Notes under the pieces: model-generated
The model's input: the letters and a program-made list of their open reading frames with translations, nothing else
Database searches by the model: none
What the model was told of the DNA's origin: nothing
Shown: one piece after another, positions 29,341-39,253 of the stretch
Numbering within the stretch: position 1 is the first letter of the stretch
How the letters are laid out: every line of letters starts with the position of its first letter
IMG/VR virus record: IMGVR_UViG_3300025267_002563
Span: 1-56,930 of that record
Direction: 5' to 3' (one strand)
Source of the DNA: a virus
Taxonomy: Duplodnaviria > Caudoviricetes
Length of the DNA stretch: 56,930 bases
Program-made: the position numbers and the translations under genes

Positions 29341-29532
29341 ATAAAACTTTTCTTCGCATCCTTCCTTAGATCAGCGGGAAAAAGTTTCAGAGAAATTAAC
29401 AAGAATAAACTTGCAAACAAATAAAACGTAGTACCAAGGAAAATCCTAAAGTATCTGAGCATGTATTTTCCTTTCTAGCCTAATGAGTCTGAGATAGTCT
29501 ATAGCACGCGAGTTTTTATAATTTTATTAATA

Positions 29533-29760
29533 TTAAGGTACATTAAGAGCGTTAGTTTTCTGAATAATTACCTGAAGACCATAATGGAACATACCTGCTT
29601 CTTCTAAGTCAAGTGTCAGAGAGTTTCCCTCACTATCTTTTATAATAACTTTAAGCCCATCTATAGCTACACTTGCGCTCTGCTTCTTTCCGGTATATAA
29701 TTCAGCAACTTCTGTTTCTTCATAATATTTTACAGTACTTTTATGTTGTCCATCTTCCAT
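29533..29760 (-). CDS. Hypothetical protein
   Basis: ORF track. Confidence 0.5.
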   Translation of the reverse strand: MEDGQHKSTVKYYEETEVAELYTGKKQSASVAIDGLKVIIKDSEGNSLTLDLEEAGMFHYGLQVIIQKTNALNVP

Positions 29761-30795
29761 AAGAATTTCGGTCTTCCCCTATATAGAAAAAGTGAATTTT
29801 CCCCGTAAAAAACCGCTTTTGCGCTCTCTTGAGTTTGGAGTCTATGAAGCGGAAAACATAACTCATTAAGGTACTCAAGAAACCTTACTATTTTTGTCTG
29901 TACTTGAATTAAGTCTAAGAAATAGCAATCATAACCGGGAGCAACAATTCAAGAAATCTTTATAACCCTTATATAGTATATATTACGTTTCTTTATCACA
30001 TATCAGAGATAAACACTGAAAACCGGTAAATATTAACATAACAATAACTCTTTCTTGAAAAGTAAACGAATTAAAATTCCAAAAGAACATTATCAAACAT
30101 AAATAGAAACCAATTAAGCTGATTAGGCCATTCAGAGATGCCATTTAAATAAATCCTAACTTTAATAGACTCATATTATATACCTTGTACTTAAGTATAC
30201 CTTCGGCGGAACGGTTTTACGGTAAAAAAATTTCAAGATTTCCCAAATAGTTTAAAACTTAGTAACTTTCCGGCGTTTTTCATCTTTTTTATTTCCCCCT
30301 CTTGACTTTCCTGTATATACGGGTATAATAATAGTGGGTAAAGCTCCCAAAGGATGCGAAATTTAACTGTAATGTGTGGGTTTTGAGCCCAATTATTCAA
30401 TAAAATTTAGCAATGTCAGCTTATTGTTAAGGAAGGAGGTTCAAAATACCGATAATAGATATATAGGAAGTGAGCTAGTTATGTTGTTTAGTGCCCTTAT
30501 ACAGTTTATATTTGCCTATCTATTATTCTTTATATCTCTTATACTGTCTATATGTTATTTTATAGTATATTTCTTGGTTTATGGAACTAAAAAAAATAAG
30601 AAAATCCCTCGATCTCGCATTACTAGAAGGCATAGAATTAACAAGTATAGAGTCATCAGAAACCCTAATAAAGACCTCTAAACAAATAGACTATAATTTA
30701 AGCTATATATATAGTCCATAACCTTATTTAATAATTAAACTTAATTAGAAGTAAATTCGACACAATTAAAGCCAAGATAATGAGACCTACAATAA

Positions 30796-31269
30796 ATGCG
30801 TAGTGTATATGGAATAGGCTTACCAAGAACAGGCACTGCTAGTTTAGCGGAAGCTCTCAACTTGATCGGAGAACCAACAAAACATTATTGCGTTGTTCAC
30901 GATGATATGTCAAAATGTCATGACGATATTATATCATGGGTAGACAATTCTTTTTATCGTTACTTACATCAGATTATTCTCAAACCAATTCCAAACTCAC
31001 TGTTTATTTTAACCACAAGAGATTTAAATAGTTGGAAAAAATCTATTGCTCGATTTCCTGAAATGCCTTCCGATCTACCCCCCGTAAACGAATATGAGAA
31101 ATCAGTTAGACAAATATTCCAACAACTAAAGATGCAAGATCAACTATTAGTTATCAACATATTTGAAGATCCTGATAGTCTAAAAAAAATCGTTAAATTT
31201 ATAGGGAGTGAATACAAAAAAACTAAATTCCCGCATATCAAAAAAGAGAAAGTGCAGGTAGTCGTATGA
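30796..31269 (+). CDS. Sulfotransferase-family (P-loop-like) protein
   Basis: GIGLPRTGTASLAEAL; FILTTRD..SW..S. Confidence 0.8.
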   Translation: MRSVYGIGLPRTGTASLAEALNLIGEPTKHYCVVHDDMSKCHDDIISWVDNSFYRYLHQIILKPIPNSLFILTTRDLNSWKKSIARFPEMPSDLPPVNEYEKSVRQIFQQLKMQDQLLVINIFEDPDSLKKIVKFIGSEYKKTKFPHIKKEKVQVVV

Positions 31270-31652
31270 TCTGGGTAGACAAAGCAAAAAAATATTTATG
31301 GGCGATTTCTGCTAGAAATATAGATGCCATGGCAGAATTATTTGCTGATGACATTACATTTGCTAATTGGGGAGTTTATGTTCAAGGCAAAGATGCGGCT
31401 GTTAAAGCTAATCATGATCATATCAAATTAGTAAAAGAAACTAAAATTGAAATTAAAAATACGGCATATAAAGACAAATACATCTGTATCGAATGTGTCC
31501 TAACTCATGCCTACAGATTTAATACAGTAGATGCTTTTGATACCGCCAATGTCAAACCAGCTAACACTTCCATTACAACGTCTTTAGTCTACATAATAGA
31601 ATTTAATGATATGGGTAAAATTAAATCGATTAAAACTTACAAACTAAGATAG
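31266..31652 (+). CDS. NTF2/SnoaL-like protein
   Basis: DAMAELFADD...GKDA...IIEFNDMGKIKSI. Confidence 0.75.
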   Translation: MIWVDKAKKYLWAISARNIDAMAELFADDITFANWGVYVQGKDAAVKANHDHIKLVKETKIEIKNTAYKDKYICIECVLTHAYRFNTVDAFDTANVKPANTSITTSLVYIIEFNDMGKIKSIKTYKLR

Positions 31653-31664
31653 GAGAACTTCTAC

Positions 31665-31895
31665 ATGAATAAACACACGTTACTACAGATTATTGATTGG
31701 GCTAAGTCTAAGAATTGTGACATAGAAAAAACAGGTAGGAAATATGAAGTCTGGAATAAGGACGATCATTCAGTAACTGATACGTGTTCTACTTTGCAAG
31801 AGGTCATCGACTCCGTACATCAACTCGGAGATTTAATAGATCACAATAAAAACTATTCACAAGAAATGCAAGACGATTTAGAACCCATAGAATAA
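31665..31895 (+). CDS. Hypothetical protein
   Basis: AGGAGA RBS. Confidence 0.6.
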   Translation: MNKHTLLQIIDWAKSKNCDIEKTGRKYEVWNKDDHSVTDTCSTLQEVIDSVHQLGDLIDHNKNYSQEMQDDLEPIE

Positions 31896-31909
31896 AAGAG
31901 GTAATTAAA

Positions 31910-32239
31910 ATGATAATTTTAACCATTGAAGCCATTACACAACTTAAAAAGATTTTAGAAAATAAACAAGACCAATATGTCAGAGTAGCTATTGCTGGAG
32001 GAGGTTGTTCTGGATTTGAATATAAGCTAGATTTAGTAGATAAAAGCGAGTATTCTAACAAAATCTATAACAAATATGACAAAAAGGGAGTCACAGTCCT
32101 TGTAGATAAAAAAGCCGAATTGTACATAGACGGTACAACTCTGGATTGGTATGAAGATACAATCAAACAAGGTTTTAAATTCGAGAACCCTAATGCAGTC
32201 AAAACCTGTGGATGTGGAGAAAGTTTTGGTATATCGTAA
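31910..32239 (+). CDS. iscA: A-type Fe-S carrier (IscA/SufA/HesB family)
   Basis: GGGCSGFEY and FENPNAVKTCGCGESF. Confidence 0.9.
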   Translation: MIILTIEAITQLKKILENKQDQYVRVAIAGGGCSGFEYKLDLVDKSEYSNKIYNKYDKKGVTVLVDKKAELYIDGTTLDWYEDTIKQGFKFENPNAVKTCGCGESFGIS

Positions 32240-32600
32240 AGGCGTAACATTAATAGAAGTATTAATTTCTATGGGTATCTTAACCGTTGGCTTACTGAGT
32301 GTAGCGGCTCTGTTCGTCGTAGGAGCGTCCTACATGCGTCAGGGGGAAATACAAGATCGGGCATCTATAGTCGCAGAGGAGGCATTTCATGACATTGTAG
32401 CGCGTGGTTTGCTCAATCCTGATAAATGGATCATGTATAATCCTGATGAAGGTAAATTTAATCGGTCTGTAACAAAAACAATAAGGGAAATGTATATAAA
32501 CGATCAAAGAAATCAAATAGAAGAAGTCGTAGGATCAGTGTTCGTACTTGATCCTGTAGTAGTAGGAAGCGTAACCTTTGATGAAGGAGTTGTCAAGTGA
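32151..32600 (+). CDS. Protein with type IV prepilin-like N-terminal methylation motif (true start probably near 32210-32230)
   Basis: RKG-VTLIEVLISMGILTVGLLSVAALF. Confidence 0.75.
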   Translation: MKIQSNKVLNSRTLMQSKPVDVEKVLVYRKGVTLIEVLISMGILTVGLLSVAALFVVGASYMRQGEIQDRASIVAEEAFHDIVARGLLNPDKWIMYNPDEGKFNRSVTKTIREMYINDQRNQIEEVVGSVFVLDPVVVGSVTFDEGVVK

Positions 32601-32892
32601 AAGAATACAAAATGGATATATTAGCTATGGTTAGTATAAACCTAATTGTGATAGTTGCTTTAAGCGTATTGATTTATAACTGGATATAATTATCAGAAAG
32701 ATTAATTAAAATGCTTACAAAAAAAAGACAAGCCATAGAATTTATTTGTGTTAACGTAGTCGGTGCTATTATAGCATCATTAATAGTATATCGCTGGGTT
32801 ATAAAGTAAAGGAAGGATGAAGTGTTAGAAATTCTTATACTTTGGGCAATTGCGGCATTTTTTGGAAGTTATTTCATTAAAAAGGATGAATA

Positions 32893-33690
32893 ATGATAGC
32901 TAAACTTATATTCCCGCTTTTTGAATGTCTATTGATGTGGTTGTTGATTACTACTGTAGTTACTAATAATGTCAACTTTATAAGTGTAGGAGTAGTTAAA
33001 AATAGAATAAAAGAAGATAGTATTTATGCAGATATTATAAATCATTGTAAAAATCCTACGTTAGAAATACTTGACAGAATAACTTGCGCACATGAGACAA
33101 CTCATATGATTAATGCGGAGTTAAGAAATAAGTTACAAAAGGGTAGGAAAATTAATGCCTTTTACTTACCCGAAGGAAATGCCTTTATTATAGAAGAACC
33201 CAATATGACTAAGGCAAGAGTCGGAGAATTTATTCCTAAAGAACTTAGGTGGAAAAGATATGATACTTATATTACACAGGCTAGAGCATGGAATGATCGT
33301 CCACTTTATTTAGTAGATGAATGGGATGCATACGTTAACGGTGGAATGGTGGCTGTTGACGATAGTATCAACCACAGACACGTTCAGGGATGGACAGATG
33401 CGGTCTCTGGATCGTTAGAGTTCTCGGTGTACTGTGTTGCTATGTGTATGGCAATTGAAAAGTATGATAATGACTACTGGGAAGAAAATGATCAACTAAG
33501 AAACTTTATGAAATGGAATTTACAAAGATCACTGCATACATACAATGCAGGAAAAGATTATCAATATTTTAAATGGGAGGAGCAAGAGAAATATTTAGAT
33601 AGATTTCTCAACAGTCCGTCTCAAGGGGCTGAAAATCTTAGATCCTTTATACGAGAACATTTTGAGGGGATATGGTTAAATGAAAAATAA
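32893..33690 (+). CDS. Secreted or membrane-anchored protein with HExxH zincin-like motif
   Basis: N-terminal hydrophobic helix; AHETTHMIN and a downstream DEW. Confidence 0.55.
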   Translation: MIAKLIFPLFECLLMWLLITTVVTNNVNFISVGVVKNRIKEDSIYADIINHCKNPTLEILDRITCAHETTHMINAELRNKLQKGRKINAFYLPEGNAFIIEEPNMTKARVGEFIPKELRWKRYDTYITQARAWNDRPLYLVDEWDAYVNGGMVAVDDSINHRHVQGWTDAVSGSLEFSVYCVAMCMAIEKYDNDYWEENDQLRNFMKWNLQRSLHTYNAGKDYQYFKWEEQEKYLDRFLNSPSQGAENLRSFIREHFEGIWLNEK

Positions 33691-33901
33691 AAACGAAGCA
33701 TATAAAAGTTCAAGGTCATATGAGATATATGGTCGAGTGTACGATTGTTATTTTTATAATAACGGATATGATGAAGGAGTTAGTGTATTTAATGATATAG
33801 GCAAATTTTTATTTAAATTTGATGAAAAAATTAGCGAAGCCCAAGCTGTTGTCCTGCTTAAAGGATATGTAACTGGCATAACTCATACTTATAACTCATA
33901 A
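33680..33901 (+). CDS. Hypothetical protein
   Basis: GAGGGG RBS. Confidence 0.55.
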   Translation: MKNKNEAYKSSRSYEIYGRVYDCYFYNNGYDEGVSVFNDIGKFLFKFDEKISEAQAVVLLKGYVTGITHTYNS

Positions 33902-33928
33902 AAACCCTTTTAATGGAGAAATAGTACA

Positions 33929-34390
33929 ATGGCCTTAACCCATACAAATAAAGTTAGATGGAGATATACTGCTGGAGGAACTGAAATAAGCGATGAGCTT
34001 ACAACTACGGAGACTGATGGCGCAGAGATAAGCATATCTCAACAAATTGTAACTAATCATACAGCAGAAACATCAGGTATTCTTTTAGAATACTTTGAAT
34101 TTACAACCGCGAACAGAGCAAAATCCCTTTATTTAAAACTTGATGGATTTAACGGTGATGTTTATGCCACGGGTACTGACGGCGCAGGTGGTGGTTCGTC
34201 CAAGATGACAGGTCTGTTCGACGGTGAACCATATGTTTGGTCTTATAATAATGGCAGTGGTTTTCCAGCGGGGTCTGAAAATGTTATGCGTGGTAGCACT
34301 ACCGGACTTGTTGTACATCCTCTCGCGGGTGCGGGAACTACTACAACTGGAACATTTGATCTTAGGGTTCTTTATGATCCAATAGACTAG
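33929..34390 (+). CDS. Hypothetical Gly/Thr-rich protein (virion-like composition)
   Basis: GGAGA RBS; composition. Confidence 0.6.
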   Translation: MALTHTNKVRWRYTAGGTEISDELTTTETDGAEISISQQIVTNHTAETSGILLEYFEFTTANRAKSLYLKLDGFNGDVYATGTDGAGGGSSKMTGLFDGEPYVWSYNNGSGFPAGSENVMRGSTTGLVVHPLAGAGTTTTGTFDLRVLYDPID

Positions 34391-34656
34391 TGAGGTTAAA
34401 AATGTTACATATACCTACGGTCTCTTTGGAAGTATCGCAGGCTATTATCGCATCCATGGAGCATGATCCAGACTATTTTCATACTTTCTCCGATAAATTA
34501 CACAATAATAATCCGTTATTTTATTATATGATCGCAGCAGCAAAGGAAGCTAAATCAGAACAGTTTTCAACAGGATATGTTAAAGGAGTGTGTACATCAT
34601 ACGTACTCATTGAGGCTCAAATGGAAGCTGATGCGATGAATGCTCAATGGGGGTGA
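34390..34656 (+). CDS. Hypothetical protein; stop overlaps the tmRNA 5' end
   Basis: ORF track. Confidence 0.55.
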   Translation: MRLKMLHIPTVSLEVSQAIIASMEHDPDYFHTFSDKLHNNNPLFYYMIAAAKEAKSEQFSTGYVKGVCTSYVLIEAQMEADAMNAQWG

Positions 34657-34989
34657 CATTGGATTCGATTACTAGTGAAAATATTAACTGCATTGACTGG
34701 TTAATCGGTTGGCCAGTATAAAAGCCGATTAAACATTTTTAAGTGCCGAAACCAGTTTCGCGCTTGCTGCTTAGGTGGCTGGGGTTGTGTAAACCTTATT
34801 ACCCAATTGCACTGATTCAGGTAATTCTGATAGGGACGATAAACCCGAATTAATATATTCTGATAGCACTAATGTACTTGACTCAGATAATTCTGATAGT
34901 TTTGTTTGTTGTACAAATACAATAAACTAACAATGTAGATGTTATTATGGAAACTAAGTAAGACCGGGGTTCGATTCCCCGCACCTCCA
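34649..34989 (+). ncRNA. ssrA: tmRNA; tag reading frame AETSFALAA-stop at 34745-34774
   Basis: 5' GGGGGTGACATTGGATTCGA; 3' GACCGGGGTTCGATTCCCCGCACCTCCA; acceptor stem with G3-U wobble (Ala identity); tag ends in ALAA. Confidence 0.93.
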
Positions 34990-35092
34990 CTGAAATTTGG
35001 GGTATAATAAGATAGTGCGCCTGTGCAGGGCACTCTTCAGTTACGCCTATGTAGGGTAACGTTTATTTTCTTGCTTTTTTAAGGAGAATACT

Positions 35093-35527
35093 ATGAATAA
35101 TTCATTAACCTTAGTTAAAAAAAATGATCAATTTAGAGAACTATTCTTTCCGTTCTCTATCGGGTTTGACGATTTCTTTGATAGATTAAGTTCTAGTGTT
35201 TCCGATAACCCTTCTACTTTTCCTCCCTACAATATTCTTAGGGATGATGTAAAGACCTATATTGAAATAGCTCTTGCTGGCTATAACAAAAAAGATATAG
35301 ATATTGTAATCGAAGATGGTGTTCTATCTATTTCTGGTCAAAAAGATCAAAAATCCTCTGATGCTCTAACCTACAGAGGGATTGCCAATCGTAAATTCAT
35401 TAGAAAATTTAGCTTGGGAGAGCATGTGGAAGTTAATTCTGCTGAAATTAAAGACGGTATGCTGACGGTTGAGCTAGAAGAGGTATTGCCTCCAGAAAAA
35501 CAACCAAAACGTATCGAAATTAAATAA
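35093..35527 (+). CDS. Small heat-shock protein (Hsp20/IbpA-like)
   Basis: FPPYNI...IEIALAGY...YRGIANRKF...A..KDGML. Confidence 0.92.
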   Translation: MNNSLTLVKKNDQFRELFFPFSIGFDDFFDRLSSSVSDNPSTFPPYNILRDDVKTYIEIALAGYNKKDIDIVIEDGVLSISGQKDQKSSDALTYRGIANRKFIRKFSLGEHVEVNSAEIKDGMLTVELEEVLPPEKQPKRIEIK

Positions 35528-35572
35528 GAAAGGGAATGTCCTTTCTAAACTAGCTTTGTTTGCCCTGCACAG

Positions 35573-36976
35573 GTGACTATTATGTCAAATCAAACTACCA
35601 CAGAAGAATATAGATATGGATTTCATGATAATAATAAAAATATTGAAACGTTTAATAAAGGACTTAGTTATGGTGTAGTAAACCGTATTTCTGAAATTAA
35701 ATCTGAACCCGAATGGATGAGAGAGCGACGATTAGAAGCATTAAAAATTTTTAATCAGAAAAAAATGCCTGAATGGGGAGGTGATATGAGTGGTATTGAT
35801 TTTAACAATATCATTTATTATGTTAAACCATCAGATAAACAAGAAAAGGATTGGGATGATGTTCCCGATGAAATTCGTAATACCTATGATAAGTTGGGCA
35901 TACCAGAAGCAGAGAAGAAATATTTAGCGGGAGTAAAGGCACAATACGAGAGCGAGGTTGTTTATGGTAGCTTGCAAGAAGATTTAGTAAAAAAGGGAGT
36001 AGTTTTTCTTAGTACAGATGAAGCGTTAAAACAATATCCTGATTTAATGAAAGAATATTTTGGAACCATTATACCATCGGTAGATAATAAGTTTGCCGCA
36101 CTAAATACCGCTGTATGGTCAGGTGGAAGTTTTATTTATATTCCCAAAGGAGTAAGTATAGATTTTCCTCTACAGGCATACTTTCGTATTAATTCTGAAA
36201 ATATGGGACAGTTTGAAAGAACGTTAATCATTTGCGATGAAGGATCTCAAGTTCATTATGTTGAAGGGTGTACTGCCCCTGTCTGGTCATCAGACTCCTT
36301 ACATTCTGCCGTTGTTGAAATAGTAGTTAAAAAACATGCTCGTTGTAGGTATACCACTATTCAAAACTGGTCAAACAATGTATATAACCTTGTTACAAAA
36401 AGGGCGCTTGCTTACGAAAATAGCTTAATGGAATGGGTTGATGGTAATTTAGGTTCTAAGCTAACTATGAAATATCCTGCAATATATATGATGGAGCCGG
36501 GAGCAAGAGGCGAGGTGCTAAGTATTGCATTTGCCAGTAAAGATCAACATCAAGATGCGGGAGCTAAAGTTGTTCATTGCGCTCCCAATACTTCTAGTCG
36601 TATCATTTCTAAATCTATTTCTAAGAATGGTGGAAGGTCTTCATATAGGGGTCTATGTAGGGTTCAAGATGGAGCAACTGGTTGTAAATCTAGCGTTGTA
36701 TGTGATGCTCTTATTTTAGATGAGGATAGTAGATCAGATACCTATCCATATATAGAAGTAGAAGAACAGGATGTTACAATAGAACATGAAGCATCTGTAA
36801 GTAAAATAGGTGAAGAGCAACTATTTTATCTAATGTCACGAGGTATGAGCGCAGAAGAGGCCGCTGCTATGATTGTTAGTGGGTTTATTGAGCCATTAAC
36901 TAAGGTTCTTCCTATGGAATATAGTATAGAAATGAATAGATTAATTGAACTACAGATGGAAGGATCTGTGGGATAA
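35573..36976 (+). CDS. sufB: Fe-S cluster assembly protein SufB
   Basis: [51 protein letters not shown]. Confidence 0.95.
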   Translation: MTIMSNQTTTEEYRYGFHDNNKNIETFNKGLSYGVVNRISEIKSEPEWMRERRLEALKIFNQKKMPEWGGDMSGIDFNNIIYYVKPSDKQEKDWDDVPDEIRNTYDKLGIPEAEKKYLAGVKAQYESEVVYGSLQEDLVKKGVVFLSTDEALKQYPDLMKEYFGTIIPSVDNKFAALNTAVWSGGSFIYIPKGVSIDFPLQAYFRINSENMGQFERTLIICDEGSQVHYVEGCTAPVWSSDSLHSAVVEIVVKKHARCRYTTIQNWSNNVYNLVTKRALAYENSLMEWVDGNLGSKLTMKYPAIYMMEPGARGEVLSIAFASKDQHQDAGAKVVHCAPNTSSRIISKSISKNGGRSSYRGLCRVQDGATGCKSSVVCDALILDEDSRSDTYPYIEVEEQDVTIEHEASVSKIGEEQLFYLMSRGMSAEEAAAMIVSGFIEPLTKVLPMEYSIEMNRLIELQMEGSVG

Positions 36977-36998
36977 TTAATTAGTCTTGTACGGCTTT

Positions 36999-37250
36999 TT
37001 ATACAAACAATACCCCAGCTACACCGACTCCTACACCGACTACGGTGCCACAGCTATTGATACAGGGTGCAATTCCTGTAAATCTAGGATCGTATTTAGT
37101 AAACACGGTTCCTGTAGTAGGCAATTCAGAAGAATATGTATTTATTTGATAATTTGAACCTAACGGAGTGTTTCCTTTAGGAGATCCTACTAAAATACCC
37201 CCGTTATCTACGGGATTGGCCGAAATACATTTAGTAATAACATCTGACAT
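36999..37250 (-). CDS. Hypothetical protein
   Basis: AAAGGA RBS; isolated minus-strand gene. Confidence 0.55.
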   Translation of the reverse strand: MSDVITKCISANPVDNGGILVGSPKGNTPLGSNYQINTYSSELPTTGTVFTKYDPRFTGIAPCINSCGTVVGVGVGVAGVLFV

Positions 37251-37310
37251 GTAAAATTCCTTTCTAGAAAGCGATCTAAAAATAAATACACCAAAAATGG
37301 ATTCAAGGGG

Positions 37311-37338
37311 TTGACTTTGGCTTGCCGATATGTATAAT
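37311..37338 (+). promoter_or_regulatory. Sigma70-type promoter
   Basis: GGGG-TTGACT-16 bp-TATAAT. Confidence 0.75.
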
Positions 37339-37394
37339 AGAGTAAGCGATTATGAACCTCCTGAACCCTTTGAATTTGAGCTAGGAGTTGGTAA

Positions 37395-37667
37395 ATGAAA
37401 GATATTGAACTTACGTCTCATCGTCCTTCTACAGGAAGTATGTTGACATTTAAAATTCCACAGAAAATATTAAAACAAGCGTTAAAACTGGAAGATAGAT
37501 TAGCAGGCACCTTAGATATTTTAGCATATATTATGGAGAATGCTCCAAGCGATAATTATAGAGACTGGGAACTTGATATGAGACCATTACTCGATATAGA
37601 AACGTTTCGACCTCATATTGTAGATTTATTTAGTTCACGCATTGAAGAGGAACATGAAGATGAGTAA
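37395..37667 (+). CDS. Hypothetical protein
   Basis: AGGAG RBS. Confidence 0.65.
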   Translation: MKDIELTSHRPSTGSMLTFKIPQKILKQALKLEDRLAGTLDILAYIMENAPSDNYRDWELDMRPLLDIETFRPHIVDLFSSRIEEEHEDE

Positions 37668-37839
37668 ATATACTATTAATTGTTCTTGGGAAATGTTTGG
37701 TCACGTTGACGTTGAGGCAGATTCCTCCGATGAAGCTATGGATAAAGTAAAGGATGAAATGAAATTGTCAGATATTAATTCGGAATATGTTTCAGATTCT
37801 TTTTTTTGTTGCGTGGACAATTCAACCTGCGGAGAATAA
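37660..37839 (+). CDS. Small acidic hypothetical protein
   Basis: GAGGA RBS; VDVEADSSDEA. Confidence 0.6.
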   Translation: MSKYTINCSWEMFGHVDVEADSSDEAMDKVKDEMKLSDINSEYVSDSFFCCVDNSTCGE

Positions 37840-37840
37840 A

Positions 37841-38059
37841 ATGATTAAAACAAAATTAAAATTTATGCAAATTGGTGGTGTTGAAGAAGTTAAAAACGGT
37901 AAAGAAATTGAGTACGAGATTGTCGAAACAAATAATGCCAGATGGTTATGTGGAGATCGTATTGATCGGGAAAGTCTTATTAGAAAATGTCGTTGTGATC
38001 AATATGATATCAAAATTGTGCCTGACGGTTATCCCTCAAGTATTACTCTAACCATTTGA
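37841..38059 (+). CDS. Hypothetical protein
   Basis: GGAGA RBS. Confidence 0.6.
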   Translation: MIKTKLKFMQIGGVEEVKNGKEIEYEIVETNNARWLCGDRIDRESLIRKCRCDQYDIKIVPDGYPSSITLTI

Positions 38060-38543
38060 GAGGATTAAAATTAAAAAGTTCTGGAGATTGTGGGCAAAAA
38101 GTCTAGGAGACAAATCTAGTGAGTTAGACATGGAGGCTGACGTTGTGGCGACTATGAGAACTATCATAGTTCTAGTAAATATTATTACGTGTTGTTGTAT
38201 TGTTGCAAATATAATAAGGAAATGGTAAGATGAATGATAAAGAACTAGTCAGGTATGCTTTATCAACTCTAGTGGCAAACCTAGATGAGATTTCAATGGA
38301 GCATATTCATGGAGAAGATTGGACTGAAAAAGATACTGAACAAATAGCTGATAGATTAAACGGTTTGATTGAAAGGATTCAAAATGACACTTAAAGTCTT
38401 TTGTCCTACGTGTGAAGAATGGATTAGATCTAAAGATATGGAGTTTTTAAATATAGAAGAAAACTTATACGGAGAAGATTTAGTTACTTTCGTTTGCAAT
38501 ACCTGTAATAACGAACATAAGTCTTTAGTAAGAGGAAAATGAG

Positions 38544-38867
38544 ATGAGTAATATAAACTATACAGGTAGCGTTGGTCAGTATAAACAAGTGTCTGATACT
38601 GTTAGCGATTTAAACATAATGATTGTCGAAGCTCCAGTCGATAATAAGTTTAAACGTCGATTGGCAGACATTGTATATGACATTGAAAGAGAAGAAACCT
38701 TAAAGGGTATATATCAGTTTCTAACTGAAATTACTAATGGCATGTATCACAAAGAAGGAACAGGGATGTCTAGTCAAAATGCAGAAGTTGTACAGGATGC
38801 ACATAAATATCGTAATAAATTAGAATATCATTTTGCACAGGAGATTAGTCCAGTTGAATCCGACTGA
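38544..38867 (+). CDS. Hypothetical protein
   Basis: AGAGGA RBS. Confidence 0.6.
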   Translation: MSNINYTGSVGQYKQVSDTVSDLNIMIVEAPVDNKFKRRLADIVYDIEREETLKGIYQFLTEITNGMYHKEGTGMSSQNAEVVQDAHKYRNKLEYHFAQEISPVESD

Positions 38868-39252
38868 ATTAAAATTTGCGAAAACACATGAATGGGTATC
38901 TATCCCAGAAGATGTTGATTCTCCTATAGTCACCGTTGGTATTAGTGCGTTTGCTGTTGAGGCACTAACCGATTTAGTATTTATTGAACTACCAGAGGAA
39001 GGACAAGAAGTAGAAGTAGAAGAATCTTTTTGTGAGGTAGAATCTGTTAAGGCTTTCAGCGATATTTATTCTCCCATAGCTGGTGTAGTAATAGGAGTTA
39101 ATACAAATCTTCCTGATAACTTGGAGGTATTAAATACAGATCCTTATGGAGAAGGTTGGATAGCTAAAATTCAATTGTCTAATATTTTAGATTTAGAAAA
39201 CCTTTTAAACTATAGGGATTATCAACAACATTGTGAAGAAGAGGAACATTGA
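38854..39252 (+). CDS. gcvH: Glycine cleavage system H protein (lipoyl carrier)
   Basis: KFAKTHEW, GISAFA, EVESVKA with lipoyl Lys, NTDPYGEGW; probable TTG start. Confidence 0.92.
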   Translation: MNPTELKFAKTHEWVSIPEDVDSPIVTVGISAFAVEALTDLVFIELPEEGQEVEVEESFCEVESVKAFSDIYSPIAGVVIGVNTNLPDNLEVLNTDPYGEGWIAKIQLSNILDLENLLNYRDYQQHCEEEEH

Positions 39253-39253
39253 A

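Larger units (their letters stand above)
28602..29517 (+). repeat. Dispersed motif CTAG-N~14-GATAGTCYATAGCACGCGAGTTTT; cores at 28632, 28732 and 29504, partial copies at 20276 and 25307
   Basis: GCACGCGAGTT core present five times, all on the same strand. Confidence 0.85.

Noticed and set aside
30376-30681. 101-aa hydrophobic ORF
   Set aside because: Low-complexity AT-rich sequence with no clear RBS at the listed start; a shorter version from 30481 is possible but unsupported.
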